Assembly (NCBI GenBank): GCA_965153285.1
Contig: OZ229113.1
Direction: 5' to 3' (one strand)
DNA from: Podarcis tiliguerta
Taxonomy: Eukaryota
Length of the DNA stretch: 64,000 nt
Shown piece after piece: positions 23,453-37,048 of this stretch. The notes under the pieces are model-generated. The model was not told the DNA's origin and did no database searches. It saw only the letters and a program-made list of their open reading frames with translations. Position numbers and translations under genes: made by a program. The first letter of the stretch is position 1. Every line of letters starts with the position of its first letter.

Positions 23453-26400
23453 TTGGACCCATTTGTAAACATTCCCTATCCTTGGAGCATTGGAAAACAT
23501 ACTGTGGTAGCTGGAATTACTTTTAAATTGTGCTAGCTGAAGCACTTATGGAAAAACATTCCATGAACAACAGTTCTGTTGTGCAAACAGTTCCATGGGC
23601 AACAGTAGTGCCACACGATCAGCATTGTTCTGTTTCATAAATACTTACAATTTAAATGAGACAATCCTCTGTTAATCCATTCAGAATAATAAATAGCACC
23701 ATTTTACTAAGGGAAAAGATAATACCAATGGAACCAAAGGGAGCAAATGACTGGAAATCCAGTTTAAGTCAGAAAGGTAAAGTACCTACTTCCTGGTGGT
23801 CTAATTTCCCCTGTGCTTGCTATAATGGTTATTGATTCTAGTGGAAATCCAGTAGCAGGACGGCAGGTCATTCTCAGTGACAGAAGGCCCCAGATTTAGT
23901 CCTTGACATGAAAGGATCAGATAGCTGATAATAGGAAAGGCATCTCTATTTGAAACCCATGAGATTTTCTGCCAATCCAATATAGGACTGCTCTGCAAGT
24001 GTGACTAAGAGTTATGCCCTGGTCTGTTTATGCATCTCTGCCATATGCAGCCCCTGTTCAAGCAACCACATTATAGCAGGAATGTTAAAACATCTGGTTC
24101 TGTGTACTGCAGCTGGTTACATTGAATATCTGAAATGGAAATGAATCATTTGTTCCTGATCGCCTATAAGACAACTGATCACAAATGTCATTGTTCTTTT
24201 GAACTGAGAGAGGGCTTGTGGTAGAAATCATGCAGAATGTCCCTTCATGTTTTGGCAACAAAGTAAATTTTTAGTGTAACTTTTAAATGGGCTAATTTTA
24301 TGAGTTGATCTGAATAAATAAGGTTTTATTGTTATTTTGTACTTGTGCACTTATTTCCAGGAATTTATACTGTGCCTGTCATTTGGAATCCTCTTGGTCC
24401 CCCACCCCCCGCAAACTTTCCATTTTCATCATTCATTACGTTACTCACTGTACTAAAGATATTAGATAAAGGTTTGTTTTTTTTTTACACACACATACAC
24501 CTGTTCAATATTAACTTGGTATCTGTCTTTATGATAGAGGATTTATGAGTATGCCATCAGACATTGTCTGCACTGGCTGAAATCTGTATTCGGCTGAATT
24601 GCTCAAGGGTTAATATTTGACACAACACGAGGTGAAAGAAGCGCTTTAACTTTAATGACAGCCTTGGCAGGAGACTATTTGGTTAAACTATAGTACACAA
24701 TGCATGCTGGCTCAAAATGTTCCCAGTTGCGAAGGAGAAAGGGATTGGCTGAGCTCTTGGCCTTCTGTGTAGCAAGGTAATAAATTTTTAATAGGCCATG
24801 ATACTCTCAGAACGTTCAAGGTAAATGCTAAACGTGTGCTCTTTGGAACCGCCTTTCCAGCTATTTGGTGCTAACCCACACCGGTATCAGCTGGCTGAAG
24901 GTCACCTTTCACCTTCACTGCAGTTTCAGGAGAGTCCACGTGTTTTAGAAGTGCTTGGGAAAAGTGTGGAATGCAGAAGAGCAACGTAGCGTGGTGGGTA
25001 GAGTGCCTGGCTTGGATCTCAGCCACTTGAGTTGAAATCTCTCATTCATGTGCACTCCTACGTCCATTGCCCTCTGTGCATTCAAGGAATGGTGGGATAG
25101 AAGTCTGATTTGTAATTATATTCTGAAACGAGAGTGAAAAATTAAGCATTGGAGGAGTGGTGTTGAAAGGTGCAGTGTGCGATTTGTGAATATTTCCTTT
25201 CAAAGACCCATATGTTCATAAACAAACACACGCTTTTATTTCTAACTTCTGGTTCCAAACCTCTGTAGGGAAAAAGCTAGATGAGAAGGCCTCAACAAAT
25301 GTCTGGGCTCATTTCAGTAAACTGCTCTAGCACCTACTGAGGCTTCCTCATTTTATTTTTCACTGGCTTTCAAAAGTGTGTGGCCAGTCGTGGTTGTGGT
25401 ACAGGGCCCCTTACTCAAGTGCCCTGCTGCCAGCATTTGACATTTGCCTGGTGCATTTTTCTCCTGGCTATTGGCCACTTGTGACCACTAAGTGAAGATG
25501 CCCAGGTGCCAGGAGCCTGACTTCTCCACCATCTGGACGTGCATGCCTGGGGATCCTTGGATCTTGACTGTTTTCACACACTTAACAACACATCCTGTAG
25601 AATCCTATCCATTATATTTTATCTGTGCAATCAGAATGAATTTCAGGAACCAAAAAGTCGTATTGAAAACTGCTTTCAAGCTGTCTGGCCCCCAAATGGC
25701 AACTAGGCATTCCATTTTTGCAACTGTAACTCCTGGTTTAAGGAGCCATTTGGTGCCTAGCATATATATCCGAGTTTCTAACACTGGCTGCTGCCCCTGT
25801 GTCGAAGCACTATTTTGTCTGCCTGCATGTTCCTATAACGCCCTGCTAGTATCAAGTTTTATCCTCCCCACTCTGAAAATTCTGCTTATTAAAATGGGCA
25901 AGTATTGCTGTCTTGAGGAGCACTTTGTTCTTATTAAAGGTAACATTTAGAACTTGTTCTATATTCAGTGAGAGCAGAGGGGCCAATTTTAGCACAACCT
26001 ACTTGGTTTTAATTACAAGACTCTGATTCTCAAACACGCTTGTGTAATTTGTCATCTGTGGTTTGCAATGCTCTTTTATTTGGCTGGTACAACTTGTGAA
26101 GAGACGTGGCCTTGCCAAGCAGCAGTAATCCCATATTCACACCACATAGTGCTGCTTATGCCTGTGTGGGCTGGCATCTTTTATCTGTCAGAGATTCATC
26201 TCTCCTCTGTCAGAGACAAAGCATAGAACTATGCATCCATAACTGTTTCCAGTAGGATACTAGTTACACAATCATTTTGCCCAAAAACTGGGTTGAGGAG
26301 AGCTTCGGAAGCTGAGTCAGACAATTGGTCCATTAGTTCAGTTTCCATTGAATGGCTGTGGCTCTCCCAAGATTTCAGGAAGCTTCCCCCCATGCAAGGC

Positions 26401-27714
26401 AGGTGTTCTGCCATTGACTGAACTAGGTAAACATGGTATCCTTCAGTTAATACATACAGAAACTGAGCAAGAGAGTCGTCACCTTTTGTCTCTCTGAAAT
26501 AAAATATTTCCACATATGTGGCTTAGCCCTTCGGTGTAAAAAATGCCTTTTAAGTTGCTTCTTTATGCAGAATAAACAAATAAATGGCTGAAGGGATTAA
26601 AAAGAAATATCTACCCAGTGAATGAAATAGTGTTAACGTCAATGTAGTGTAGCAATAGACCAGGTTCTGAATTTCTGCATTCCATCTAATTTATCCTCTG
26701 GACTATAGAAATTGCTGAGAAGCTCTAATTAGTACTAGTCTGAATAAAGAAGGTTTTCACATTCCACCTGAACTCCAACAGTGGAGAGTTTATCTGGGCC
26801 TCATGGGAAGTTCTGTGAATTGATTATCACAGCGTACTCTTCATTAGCTGAAATAGCACTGAATGAGATTCTATACTGAATGGCTCCATGTTACAGAATT
26901 AAACATCCTTTATCCTCTGCTCTTGTTGGTTTGTTTTCCCAGAGCCTCTTTTTTCCAGAAGATAAAAAATATTGGAATTCATATGGGCAAAGGCTCTCCT
27001 GAAGGTACACTGGGCCTAAGCCACATTTCAAGATGCTCACATTTCACAGAGTTCTTCCTTGTTCTGTAAATCTGTGCTACTCACTTTCTGCGGGTATGCT
27101 GAAATGTAACACCACGGTCCTCTTTATTTAATTTCTCTGATGCCCTCAAAGCTACTGCTTATATAGTCATTAAGTAAAGTAGCACTGAAGGGAACCACAC
27201 CCCCAGAGTTTCACTTTACCGCATTACACATACTTTGCTTTGTCTTAGACGTTTTTGATAAATCTAATTCCATCGCTTTAATTTGGGGATTATTGAGGCA
27301 TGTAGGTGGTTGAGCTATTTTGCCCACAATTACACAGCATGTCAAGAAAAAAGCTGGGAACATAACGTGAGAGTATTGGTGCTTTGCTTTCCAATATCGT
27401 TCATTAGCTTTTCCTTTGACTAAAGTGCAAAAGAAGCCAAATGCAGTGTTTCTTATAGTTCTGAACATTTTATTATGGAGTAGCAGAGGAAGGCCATGGG
27501 GTGCTTTGCCATTTTACTAATATAGCTTAAATTGGCACAATCTTGTTTCCTTTCTTTATTGATCTTGGTAACAGTTTGTACAAATGCTTTTTTGTCTTCC
27601 AAATCTCTATAAAACGGCAGCCTATTTTTCTTCCTTAGGAGCTAATTATTTGGGGAATGATCCTTCCTGCACAGCGTAGCTCCATTCCACAGGTGAATCC
27701 CCACTGAGTTTTTA

Positions 27715-27820
27715 AGCAGAGGTTGGATGGTCATCCTTCATGCATTCTTTAGTTGAGATTCCTGCATCGCAGGGGGTTGGACTAGATGATCCTCAGGACG
27801 CCTTCCAACTCTGCAATTCT
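27715..27820 (+). mobile_element. CR1 3' end fragment
   Basis: aagcagaggttggatgg...ggggttggactagatgat...ccttccaactct. Confidence 0.7.
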
Positions 27821-30618
27821 TTGGTTCTGTGCTTTAACCTGGTCCCCATTCTCTTGGATTACTGGGGCCTTTAAATGCATGTCATGACAGTTCTCCAGAG
27901 TACTTTTGGGTCAAGCAGCCTACTTCCAACCCGAAGTAGATGCTACATTGGATACTGAGTCTTGAGCAGTGTTGTCTGTCCTGTTGTATGAGGAAAGTTT
28001 CAGTTGTTGACACCTAAGTATGTGAACAAAACAGTTGGGGCTAATGTCCGTCATGGCTGTATACAGGAGGAGAGAATTCAGTTGATTACTGCAGCATAAT
28101 TGAGGGGAAGGAGTAATACATACCTCCTTAAAAGTAGCAATTGTAAGACCACTGCTGAAAACTCTTGGTCCCCTTGTGCTGGAATATTGTACCCCTGTTT
28201 TTCTTTTGCCTGGTGTGTGTGGTCCTATGGCTGGTGGCTTATTGGCTAAAGGCAGTGACTTATGAAGTGGGTTGTCTAATGTGCATTCATGCCCTGCTTG
28301 CCCCCTTCCCATAGAAATCTTGCTTGCCACTGTGAGAGCATGATGCTGGATGGGCTTTTGGTTTGATCCATGAGGGCTCTTCTTATGTAAATCTATTTCA
28401 AGCCAGCATCAAGCCTAGGTTTGGGTTAAAGGCTGCCATTTTCCCATTGGTGGTTTACCTGCACTGTTGGTCCTCATGGATCTCTCTGTGGCTTTGAGAC
28501 TATTTGCTTTGGTATTCTTCTGGATCACCTGCATACATTATTAGTGAAGGTACTATTTTACTGTAGTAGCAGTCAGGAGATGGTGCTGGAAGATAATTGA
28601 TCTTCCCTGTGGAAACTTTCCTTTGCAGTTCAATTCTTCCAGGCTCCTCCTTGTTTTCCATGCTTTTTAACCTCTGCATGAACTGCTGCGCAAGATCATT
28701 TGAGGAAAGGTATCATCGGTTTTATTGTATGCCACTTTGAGTGCAATTTTAATGCAGAAAAGTGGGATATAAATAAGTAATAATTAAGGGAATTAAAATC
28801 TGCCAGAGAGATGTTGCTTCAGGTGGTACTGCCATCTGAAGTATCTGTAAATAGAGCTTTTGTGGCACTGGTATACTGCGTTGTGAAGTGTTCTGCTGAG
28901 GGAAATTCACTATTCCATTGTGATCTTTATGCATCCTTTAAAAATGTCTTTTTAAAAAATTCTGCCAAACTTTTTGAGAAGCAGGATTGGCTCTGGTTTA
29001 ACAGGAGATGAATTGGTGCCAGCATTTTGTGTACTTTGTATTACAGATGAATGTTTAATGATGTTTTATGATTACTTTATTGTAAGCTCCTTTGAGGATC
29101 TTTATGGCTCAAAAGCAATCTTAATCTAAATCATAATCTAAATATGATGATATTGAGCCACTCAGTTTACTTTTCCCTTTCAAAGCAACATTTAAGCTGT
29201 AATCCTATACTTGTATACCTGGGCGTAAGCCCCATTAAACTTAGTGGAAGTTTCTTCTGAGTAAACCTGACCTCGATGTGTCAGACGTGGGAAAGGCTGT
29301 GTGCATGTGCTTCCCAAGGAGCTGAAGCCTTGCTCTTAACCAGGATGTTTGGTTTTCTTTGCCACCTGCTTTATTTCCTTTACTCACTTAGCCTCTTTTA
29401 TAGAAACAAGCAATTTACCATTAGCATATATTTAAATGATATGCACCGTGGTTTTCCTGCTCCTCTGGGTGAAGCAGTGACCTTAAATAGGAGCTGCTAA
29501 ACAACCAAGTTTACTTACTTCTCTTTGCAGCTTTACAGGAGGTATAAAGGATTATGCTTCTTATGTGCAATTGGTCATATATAGTGTAAATAAAATTTAC
29601 ACTAAAAAAACCAACATTAAACCAAGGTCAGTGTGAAGGTAAATAATGTGGCTAGGTAATTACTTTAGTGTTTCTCTATTGGTATTTGATGTTCAGGGTC
29701 ATTTGAGGAGCTTGGCTTCTTTCTTTCTATTACTGAAGTTAATGGTGATTTCTTCTCAAAAGTTTATGCCTTTCCTTGTCTTGGAAATGATTCCATAATG
29801 GGAAAACGACTCTGGCAATGCTGTCTACTTTACTTTCTGTATTTTGAATCAATTCATTTTGACTAATTATAATATTTACAAAGCCCTCTTTAACAAAAAT
29901 ATAGGGTACACCTACTTTTTCAGGAAGCAGTAGCCTTCCTGGGGTGGGAATATATAATGTAAAACCTTTAAATCCTCAAATAGCACATAGGTAGCATAAA
30001 AGAAATAGTGGGGGGGGGGGGACCTTTGGCAGAATGACAGGTGAGTGATTGGCATCTGTGGAAATTGCCATTAGAATGGAGCGTTGACAAGGGCAACAAA
30101 AGCTTCTCAGGTTGCTGCTATGCCTCAGCCTGAGTTGGATAAACAGCAGTAAGGACAAGGAAGAAGAATTTTCCATGCTCTTTCATGTAGGATTCTGCAG
30201 TCTGGGGTGATAATGATGACTTGTTGCCTCTTTTTCAGTACAAGCAAAGTATGGAAGCAGATTCTGAGCTGGGGAAAGCAGGCTGAGTCACAAAGGGGGT
30301 TGCAACTGTTTTCTTCTGCTCCACTGGGAAATGAATAGCACAGAACTGCTTCTTTGAATGTCATCAGCTCTTATGGAATGCTGGTGGTTTAAATGGCAGG
30401 TTTTGACTAATCTCCATTTATAGGTGGGGAGAAGGTCAAGGTTTGCAAATCAGGGTTGTTGGGAGTATTGCCACCTTGATTGCTGGGAATGGCTGGGCAG
30501 GGGAGTGCCAAGGATTTAAACAAAATAACCCTAATCTTCCTGTATGGTTGGGAATGTTCTACAAGATGACATTCCTCTCTGAGCAAAGAGTGGTTTCTGG
30601 GACCTGGGCTGCAAGGCT

Positions 30619-30692
30619 GTGTGTGAGTGAGTGAGTGAGTGAGTGAAGAGGAGAGAGAGAGAGAGAGAGGAAAGAAAGAAAGAAAGAAAGAA
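30619..30692. repeat. Compound (GTGA)n/(GA)n/(GAAA)n microsatellite
   Basis: Read directly. Confidence 0.9.
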
Positions 30693-30782
30693 TCATTGTA
30701 CTTTGAACTTGGGCAGAGAGAGGAGAGAGAAAATAATTTATCTGTCATTAGCTACATGAAGGTACACCCTTGAAAATGTCTG

Positions 30783-31100
30783 CATAAGAACTTTAGAAGA
30801 GCCCTCCTCAATGAGAATGAGTTCCCATGTATAGCCCAGTCTTCTGTTCTCACAGTAGCCAACCAAGGGTGAAGCCAACAAACAGGACATAAGCACAATA
30901 AGACTCTCCTATTCATGATCTCCAACAACTGGTATTCAGGGACATGTATAGTAGCATATAGCTATCATGACTGCTAGCCATTTATAGCCTTTTCCCTGAT
31001 GAATTTATGTAAACTCCTTTTAAAGTCATCCAAGTTGGTGGACAGCATCACACCTTGTGGAAGCAAATCCCATCATTTTGATGATGCACTGCATAAAGTA
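30783..31100 (-). mobile_element. Old CR1-like 3' fragment
   Basis: cataagaac...aagagccct...ttctgttctcacagtagccaacc...agccatttatagcc; resembles 28230-28385 in the opposite orientation. Confidence 0.5.
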
Positions 31101-31182
31101 GTAAGAGCAAGAACTCCTTTCTGGCAGTCTGGTGCAAAATTAGGTGTGCTTTTGTCTCCATTATAGTCTGTAAGAGAGCACA

Positions 31183-31432
31183 TCCCAGCTTCTGCCAACC
31201 TAGCAGTTCGAAAGTATACCTGTGCAAGTAGATAAATAGTACCACTGCGGTGGGAAGGTAAACGGCATTTCCTTGCGCTCTGGCACTCGTCACGGTCCTC
31301 CGTGCACCAGTAGCAGTTCAGGCGTACTGGCCACATGACCCTGCCTATGGGCAAACATGCAGTGAGATGAGCACTGCACCCCATATTTGCCTTTGCCTGG
31401 ACTTAACCGTCTGGAGATCCTTTACCTTTTTA
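31183..31432 (+). mobile_element. Sauria SINE, diverged and 5'-truncated
   Basis: ctgccaacctagcagttcgaaag...gcaagtagataaatag core; tttacctttt tail. Confidence 0.8.
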
Positions 31433-32358
31433 CTTTTTTTATATTACAAAGTCCCCATAAGTCTCCAGGGGCCTCTCCCTCCACAGGAAACTAAACTTTG
31501 GAACTTCTTGCTGCTTGGGGAAGTGGGAAACACTTATGCCAAATGTTCTGTTCTTAGACACTTGAACCAGTCCCTACCCTTGCTCCCATTCTCGTCTTCC
31601 TTTATCAGATCCAGTCTTTGTTCTTTGTGTTTGCCCCATATGTTGCATGCCCTCCTGACAAACAGCCGTGTCACCATCAAGTGTACAGAACCCACCACTA
31701 TTGGCTCGAGATATGTGTTTAAACAATGACAATAATTCTCATTTGACTGCAGAGGTTGGTAGTGTTTACTTTCAGGGTTTGGTCCGGGAGAGTGTATTTC
31801 ATCTCAAATTCCAGAGTAGGACTTTCTGAAAAAAGTCAGTACTGTAGTGCTAAAATATAGCTGAATGTAGATATGGAATCTGCCTGGGGCATATACCCTG
31901 GATAGATTAAAAAGCTTATTGGGAAAGGGGATTGGAGGGGCTGCTATTTGCAAGAGAAATCACGAGATCCATCTGCACATAAAAATCTCCCGATGTGCTT
32001 TTGCCCATTTTACCTACTGAGGCTGTCTTTTCTGCATAGTGCTATATTGTGCAGTGCAGTGTGGGCGAGGGTTGCTGCAGAAAAGTAGACGTGCCGTAAT
32101 GTGACACATAATTTTCATGGCAAGCCCTGCCCATATTAAAGATCATGGCCCAGGTAGGAACTTGATGGGGAAAATGGGAAGGACTAAAGCTGCTATTGTG
32201 AGGCCCCTTCCCCTAGCAGATGTCTGTGGGTGAGCTGGTGTCACCTCAGTAAGAGTCATTGGCTTATGTTTAAAATAGCTTAAGGCAGAATGGAATGGTA
32301 ATAGTAGTCATACTTCGGATTTAGATAACTCTTTTCAAGTATTCAAATTCTTTATGTA

Positions 32359-32600
32359 CAGTGGTACCTTGGGTTACATACGCTTCAGGTTACATACGCT
32401 TCAGGTTACAGACTCCGCTAACCCAGAAATAGTGCTTCAGGTTAAGAACTTTGCTTCAGGATAAGAAGAGAAATTGTGCTCCGGCGGCGCGGCAGCAGCA
32501 GGAGGCCCCATTAGCTAAAGTGGTGCTTCAGGTTAACAACAGTTTCAGGTTAAGAACGGACCTCTGGAACGAATTAAGTACTTAACCTGAGGTACCACTG
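32359..32600. mobile_element. Tc1/mariner-type MITE, family C
   Basis: TA|CAGTGGTACCT ... AGGTACCACTG|TA; repeated ttcaggtta. Confidence 0.9.
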
Positions 32601-32854
32601 TACTTTTATCTCTCAGTAATCACTAGAATGGCCCTGCAAAGTCAACAGTAGTTGTAGTCTCCATATTGTTCCTTTTGGGAAACCTCAGCGTCTGAATGAT
32701 GTGTTGCTTTGCCTAGCAATGTTGTTGCTATGTGCTGTGCCTCGGATGTATTTGCTGCAGATCAACCTTTCATTTGGATGAAGTGCATTTTCCTGAATTG
32801 TCTTTCATGAGATTACTACTAAATTCCTACATTCCTCTTTTCCCTTTCTTTCAG

Positions 32855-32962
32855 AGCCAGGATGAAAGATACGCCTTCATTGCAGAGTGGTATGATACAA
32901 ATGCTTCACTTTTTCGACGCTATGAGCTTCTGTATTACCCAAAAGATGGATCAGTGGAGATG
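32855..32962 (+). CDS. NME7: NME7 exon 2 (SQDERYAFIAEWYDTNASLFRRYELLYYPKDGSVEM; DM10 domain)
   Basis: Pyrimidine tract plus cag|, donor atg|gtaaga; 108 nt. Confidence 0.96.
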
Positions 32963-33459
32963 GTAAGACTTGTTGTTGTTATTTGAATTTCTATACCACC
33001 CTATACCCGGAGGTCTCAGGGCGGTTATAAGACAACCTCGCAGATTGCAGTGGTTGAGAGCAAAGTAGGCTACCCTTGGCATTATTGGTTTGGTCTTATG
33101 TGAAGCCAAAAACACAAGAATTGCTATTCTCTCTTAGCTGCTAAATTGTCCTAGAAGAAAAAAAAGCTTTTTTAGGGTCTCCTGGTGATACCATAAAACA
33201 TCTTGGTGGCGGTGGTGATAAAGGTTATTGTCAAACTAGGACTAATTGAACAGCCTTGCTTGAGATTCATTCATCCACTGAGTACATGGAAGACTTATTT
33301 TGAGCGCCAGCCATGGAGGCTTGAACCTATGATTCTGCTGCCTTTCCCAGGTTTCCTGTATGCATAGCTATTTACCATGGGGATGGTGAAAACTTTGTCA
33401 TGAACTGGCTCATATAAGGCAGGGTTTCTCTTAATTGAAGACACATGGCGCCACTGCCT

Positions 33460-33500
33460 CACTGAAGCTAAGCAGGTCAGGATCTGGTCAGTGCCTGGAC
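33460..33500 (+). repeat. 5S rRNA-derived fragment (internal control region; SINE3-like head)
   Basis: gaagctaagcaggtcaggatctggtcagtgcctgga versus 5S GAAGCTAAGCAGGGTCGGGCCTGGTTAGTACTTGGA. Confidence 0.5.
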
Positions 33501-35630
33501 ATGCATGCTGCCTTGAGTGCAGTGATGGAAAGAAGGTGCTATATGAATTTAAACTATCAAGCCAATATATGGTTTCCAAGGTTTGTCTAGCTTCACCTTA
33601 TTGGCCTCTGCTTTAAAACTCCATTTTGGAAAGCTGAGAAGCAGCCATTTCTTGTTGGACATGTGTTAGAGTTTAATTTGCTGTGTTTAAATTATGTTCT
33701 GGTACACAGTATTCTGCCCACCTGTGTACCCTCCTGTTTTTCATATTTTAAATGCTAGTGAGTATGTTACTGGGGATTGTATATAATGTCATTCATCAGA
33801 TGCCCAGATCTAATTGGCTCAGGGACATAAAGGTATTGTTACCAAGACCTGGTGGTTGCACAAAGCCACAGAGATTGTGGCTGATCATGTGGAGTCCTAC
33901 CCATGTGATTCAAAGAGAGGATGGAGTTACCTTTCTTTTGTGCTCTTATATTCTCTTCTGCATTCTGTTTCAGTGAAATTGCCAATTACTGAAATTGTTC
34001 CTGGTGTCAGAAAAATAGTGTACTAATAATAACAGAATCTAAATCAGGGAAAGAATGGCTGCATTTTATGCCAATTAAAAATATTTATTTGGTTGATAAG
34101 AGGGCATTTTTAATTCTGACTTATCAGAAACCCACTTTCCTCTTTGCAAACAGAAATTGGTTCAGTAATGCATCTACTTATATGGCCATCTTTCATTCCC
34201 CGAGGAATGCTTATCTTTACCAAGTTGCTAAAGAGGAAAGCAAGTGATAAAAGCAACTCATTGTAAGACATACTGTCAGTCAGTTTATGTTAACCCCCTC
34301 CCCAAATGTCCTTCTTAGAATTCAATTTCAGATGTTTAATGATTTGTAGACCATTAAGATCTGGGACCCATGCACATAGCCAACAGCTCTTGTAGACAAG
34401 CTGATGTTGAAACTCACTGAGAGTTGGGCTGCTTTGGGAGGAAGAAGTTGGGGCGGGGGAATAAAACTAATTAATATTAATAATAAATGGAAGCAGCAAC
34501 CATCTGAAAAAAGGAAATATTCCAGTGTGCCTGCAGAAACTCATTCATGTGCCTAAATGGGTTCTTTGGTTCTAAGCCAGCCTAGTTCACTTACTCTTGG
34601 TTATTAAAGAAAGCAACAGGGAGAGGAATAAATCTGCAAGCTGTATTTACCAAATCAGATGTTGATTTTGCTTTTGTTTACCCACTTTGCTCTGCACCTG
34701 CCTCTTTGTTTTAATCAGATTTATAAATGACTTAAGGTGTACAAAGCATATAAAAACCTCAGAGGAAGGGGAATTGTTTTGTTGTTTTTAATCTTCCAAT
34801 TTGTCACACTTCTTGGTAGCGATTGAGAAGAAACTGGAGCATTTACAGTAAATACCAGAAGCTCTGGCAAATATTATGGAACAGAGCCAGGAAGTAATTG
34901 GGATCCAGTATTTTGAAGGTACATTGGAGGAAACAATAACTTTATTATTTGACTACAGTAGCAAACCAATATTGGATTTTGAATGCCAAATAAGCTAGAG
35001 TAAAAATAAGTTTCGTGCTCAGTCCTGTTCAGACATTCTGTGTTGAAGCAGTTTGGTTCCCCTTTCTCTCATTAGGTCTAGCACAGTGGCCTAGCTCAGC
35101 CCAACACCAGGACCTCCCCCTCAACCAGCCATCAGCCAAATAACTTTTTGAAGATCTATGTCTTTTCTAGCCATGACCTTAGCCCCAGTTCCCTTCCTAT
35201 TGAAAGAATATAATTTTGGGGCCTGACACATTTTGCTAGGCATTCTGCAGGATAGGTATCATCGTAGAGTATGTCCTAGCACTGGTTGCCATCAGCCTTA
35301 CCTTCTGAAGTTGAAGAATCTGCAACAGTGCCTCAGATGAAGTTTGGAGCCTTCAGAAAGAAATGTATGGAAGGAAGTGGCTCTTAAGGTACCCAAGTCC
35401 CAGGCTGCTTAGTGCTTTAAAGCCCTAACCCCAAGCAACTTGAATCGAGCACCGAAGCAAACTGGTAGCTGGTGCTAGTTTTGAAAAATTGGCACAGGCA
35501 CATAACAGTGGTCAAAGTAACTTTTAGAAAACAGTATCTGTTTCTCTTTGTGCATGTTATTCTTCTTCTTTTTAAAAGCAAAGGTATTTTAGACCTGCAT
35601 GTAGATTATTCAGTCTCTTTACCTTACCAG

Positions 35631-35797
35631 TATGACATGAAGAACCGCTGCCGATTCCTAAATCGCATCAAATATGAAGATCTGCAGTTTAAAGATTTGT
35701 TTGTGGGCAACAAAATTACTATCTTCTCACGCCACCTCAATTTGGTTGACTATGGGGATCAATATACTTCCCGCATGTTGGGCAGTCGCAAAGAAAG
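35631..35797 (+). CDS. NME7: NME7 exon 3 (YDMKNRCRFLNRIKY...DYGDQYTSRMLGSRKE)
   Basis: ccag| ... ag|gtgaga; 167 nt, phase 0-2. Confidence 0.95.
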
Positions 35798-36615
35798 GTG
35801 AGAGGATATATTCTTTGAACCTCATATTTTCTACCTTATAAACGTGAGGCTATTGAGATGTCTGTGCTCCTTCATTCTCTTGCAGGGTGCCTGGACCAGC
35901 TGGTAGCTTCCAAGAGAGAAAGGACAAAGAGAGAGCCTTGCTACAGTGATTGCTTATTAGTTAGGGATGCATCCTCATTTCCTCTCCTCTCTGTGTGCAT
36001 CACAATAGCGCACAGCCCTCTAGGAGTTTATTGTCCAAATGTCACACTCGTTAAAGCACAACACCCCCTAAAGAGAAAGAGCGTGATGTGCACCCCCTAA
36101 ATTCTCGTTATATTTCAGTTACCCTTCAATCTCTGGGGAAAGAATAAGAACCTTAAGTGCTAGCACTCAAGTGAGATAGCAAGATACTCCCTGGATGTTG
36201 ATGATTTGTTAATCATCTTCTAGATAATCTTCTCAAGGCTATAAACAATAAAAATAGTATATTACCTTAGATGGGTGTCAAAAGCCAATATCTCCCTCAG
36301 CTAAGTGACCCTCCAGCCCACAGTGTGAGAAAGAATATTAACAACGAACGTTACTGTGATGTTGTCACAACCCAAAATACCTCTCTGCAGCCCCCTCTCT
36401 ATTCAATATGGGAATAATAGAACTGCACTACAAAAGAGCAGGAGACAGGGAGACACTCATTTTCCTGGTGTGAGACACCATGATTACTGCCCCCCAGTAT
36501 TCCAATTTAACAGGCCTCCAGAGGGCAAGGCAGAAAGGGCAGCCATCACCCAAGTGCACATCCTGTTACCACCATTCTCCCCTTCCCATCCAACTTTGTG
36601 TCATATGTGCCACTT

Positions 36616-36872
36616 GAGAGCCAGTGTGGTGTAGTGGTTAAGAGCGGTGGACTCGTAATCTGGTGAACCGGGTTCGCTTCCCCGCTCCTCCACATGCAGC
36701 TGCTGGGTTACCTTGGCTAATCTCACTTCTCTGAAGTCTCTCAGCCTCACTCACCTCACAGAGTGTTTGTTGTGGGGAAGGAAGGGAAAAAGAGATTGTT
36801 AGCCGCTTTGAGTCTCCTTAGGGTAGTGATAAAGCGGGATATCAAGTCCAAACTCTTCTTCCTCTTCTTCTT
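36616..36872 (+). mobile_element. tRNA-derived MIR/Ther1-related SINE (Squam3-like)
   Basis: A box TGGTGTAGTGG, B-box-like GGTTCGCTTCC, CORE-like middle, (CTT)n tail. Confidence 0.75.
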
Positions 36873-37048
36873 GTACTGGTCAGATATTTGATCCAAAACC
36901 TTCAGCTGGTTATATGAAGGATAAAAATGCATATAACAGACATAACAACATTTTTTTGAAATGGTATTTGTTTAGTTGGAGATTTACTTAAGCTCATATT
37001 TTGACAACTTATTTTGACTTTATTGGTTTCTTTCCCTTCCCTCTCTAG

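Noticed and set aside
21237-25950. Nested gene in NME7 intron 1 (ORFs of 151 and 152 aa; exon-like 24361-24471 and 24538-24597)
   Set aside because: No recognisable homology; the putative intron is only 66 nt and the phases give an immediate stop.
26436-26443. GTATCCTT U12-type donor
   Set aside because: No associated exon; adjacent to a SINE relic; all real introns here look U2-type.
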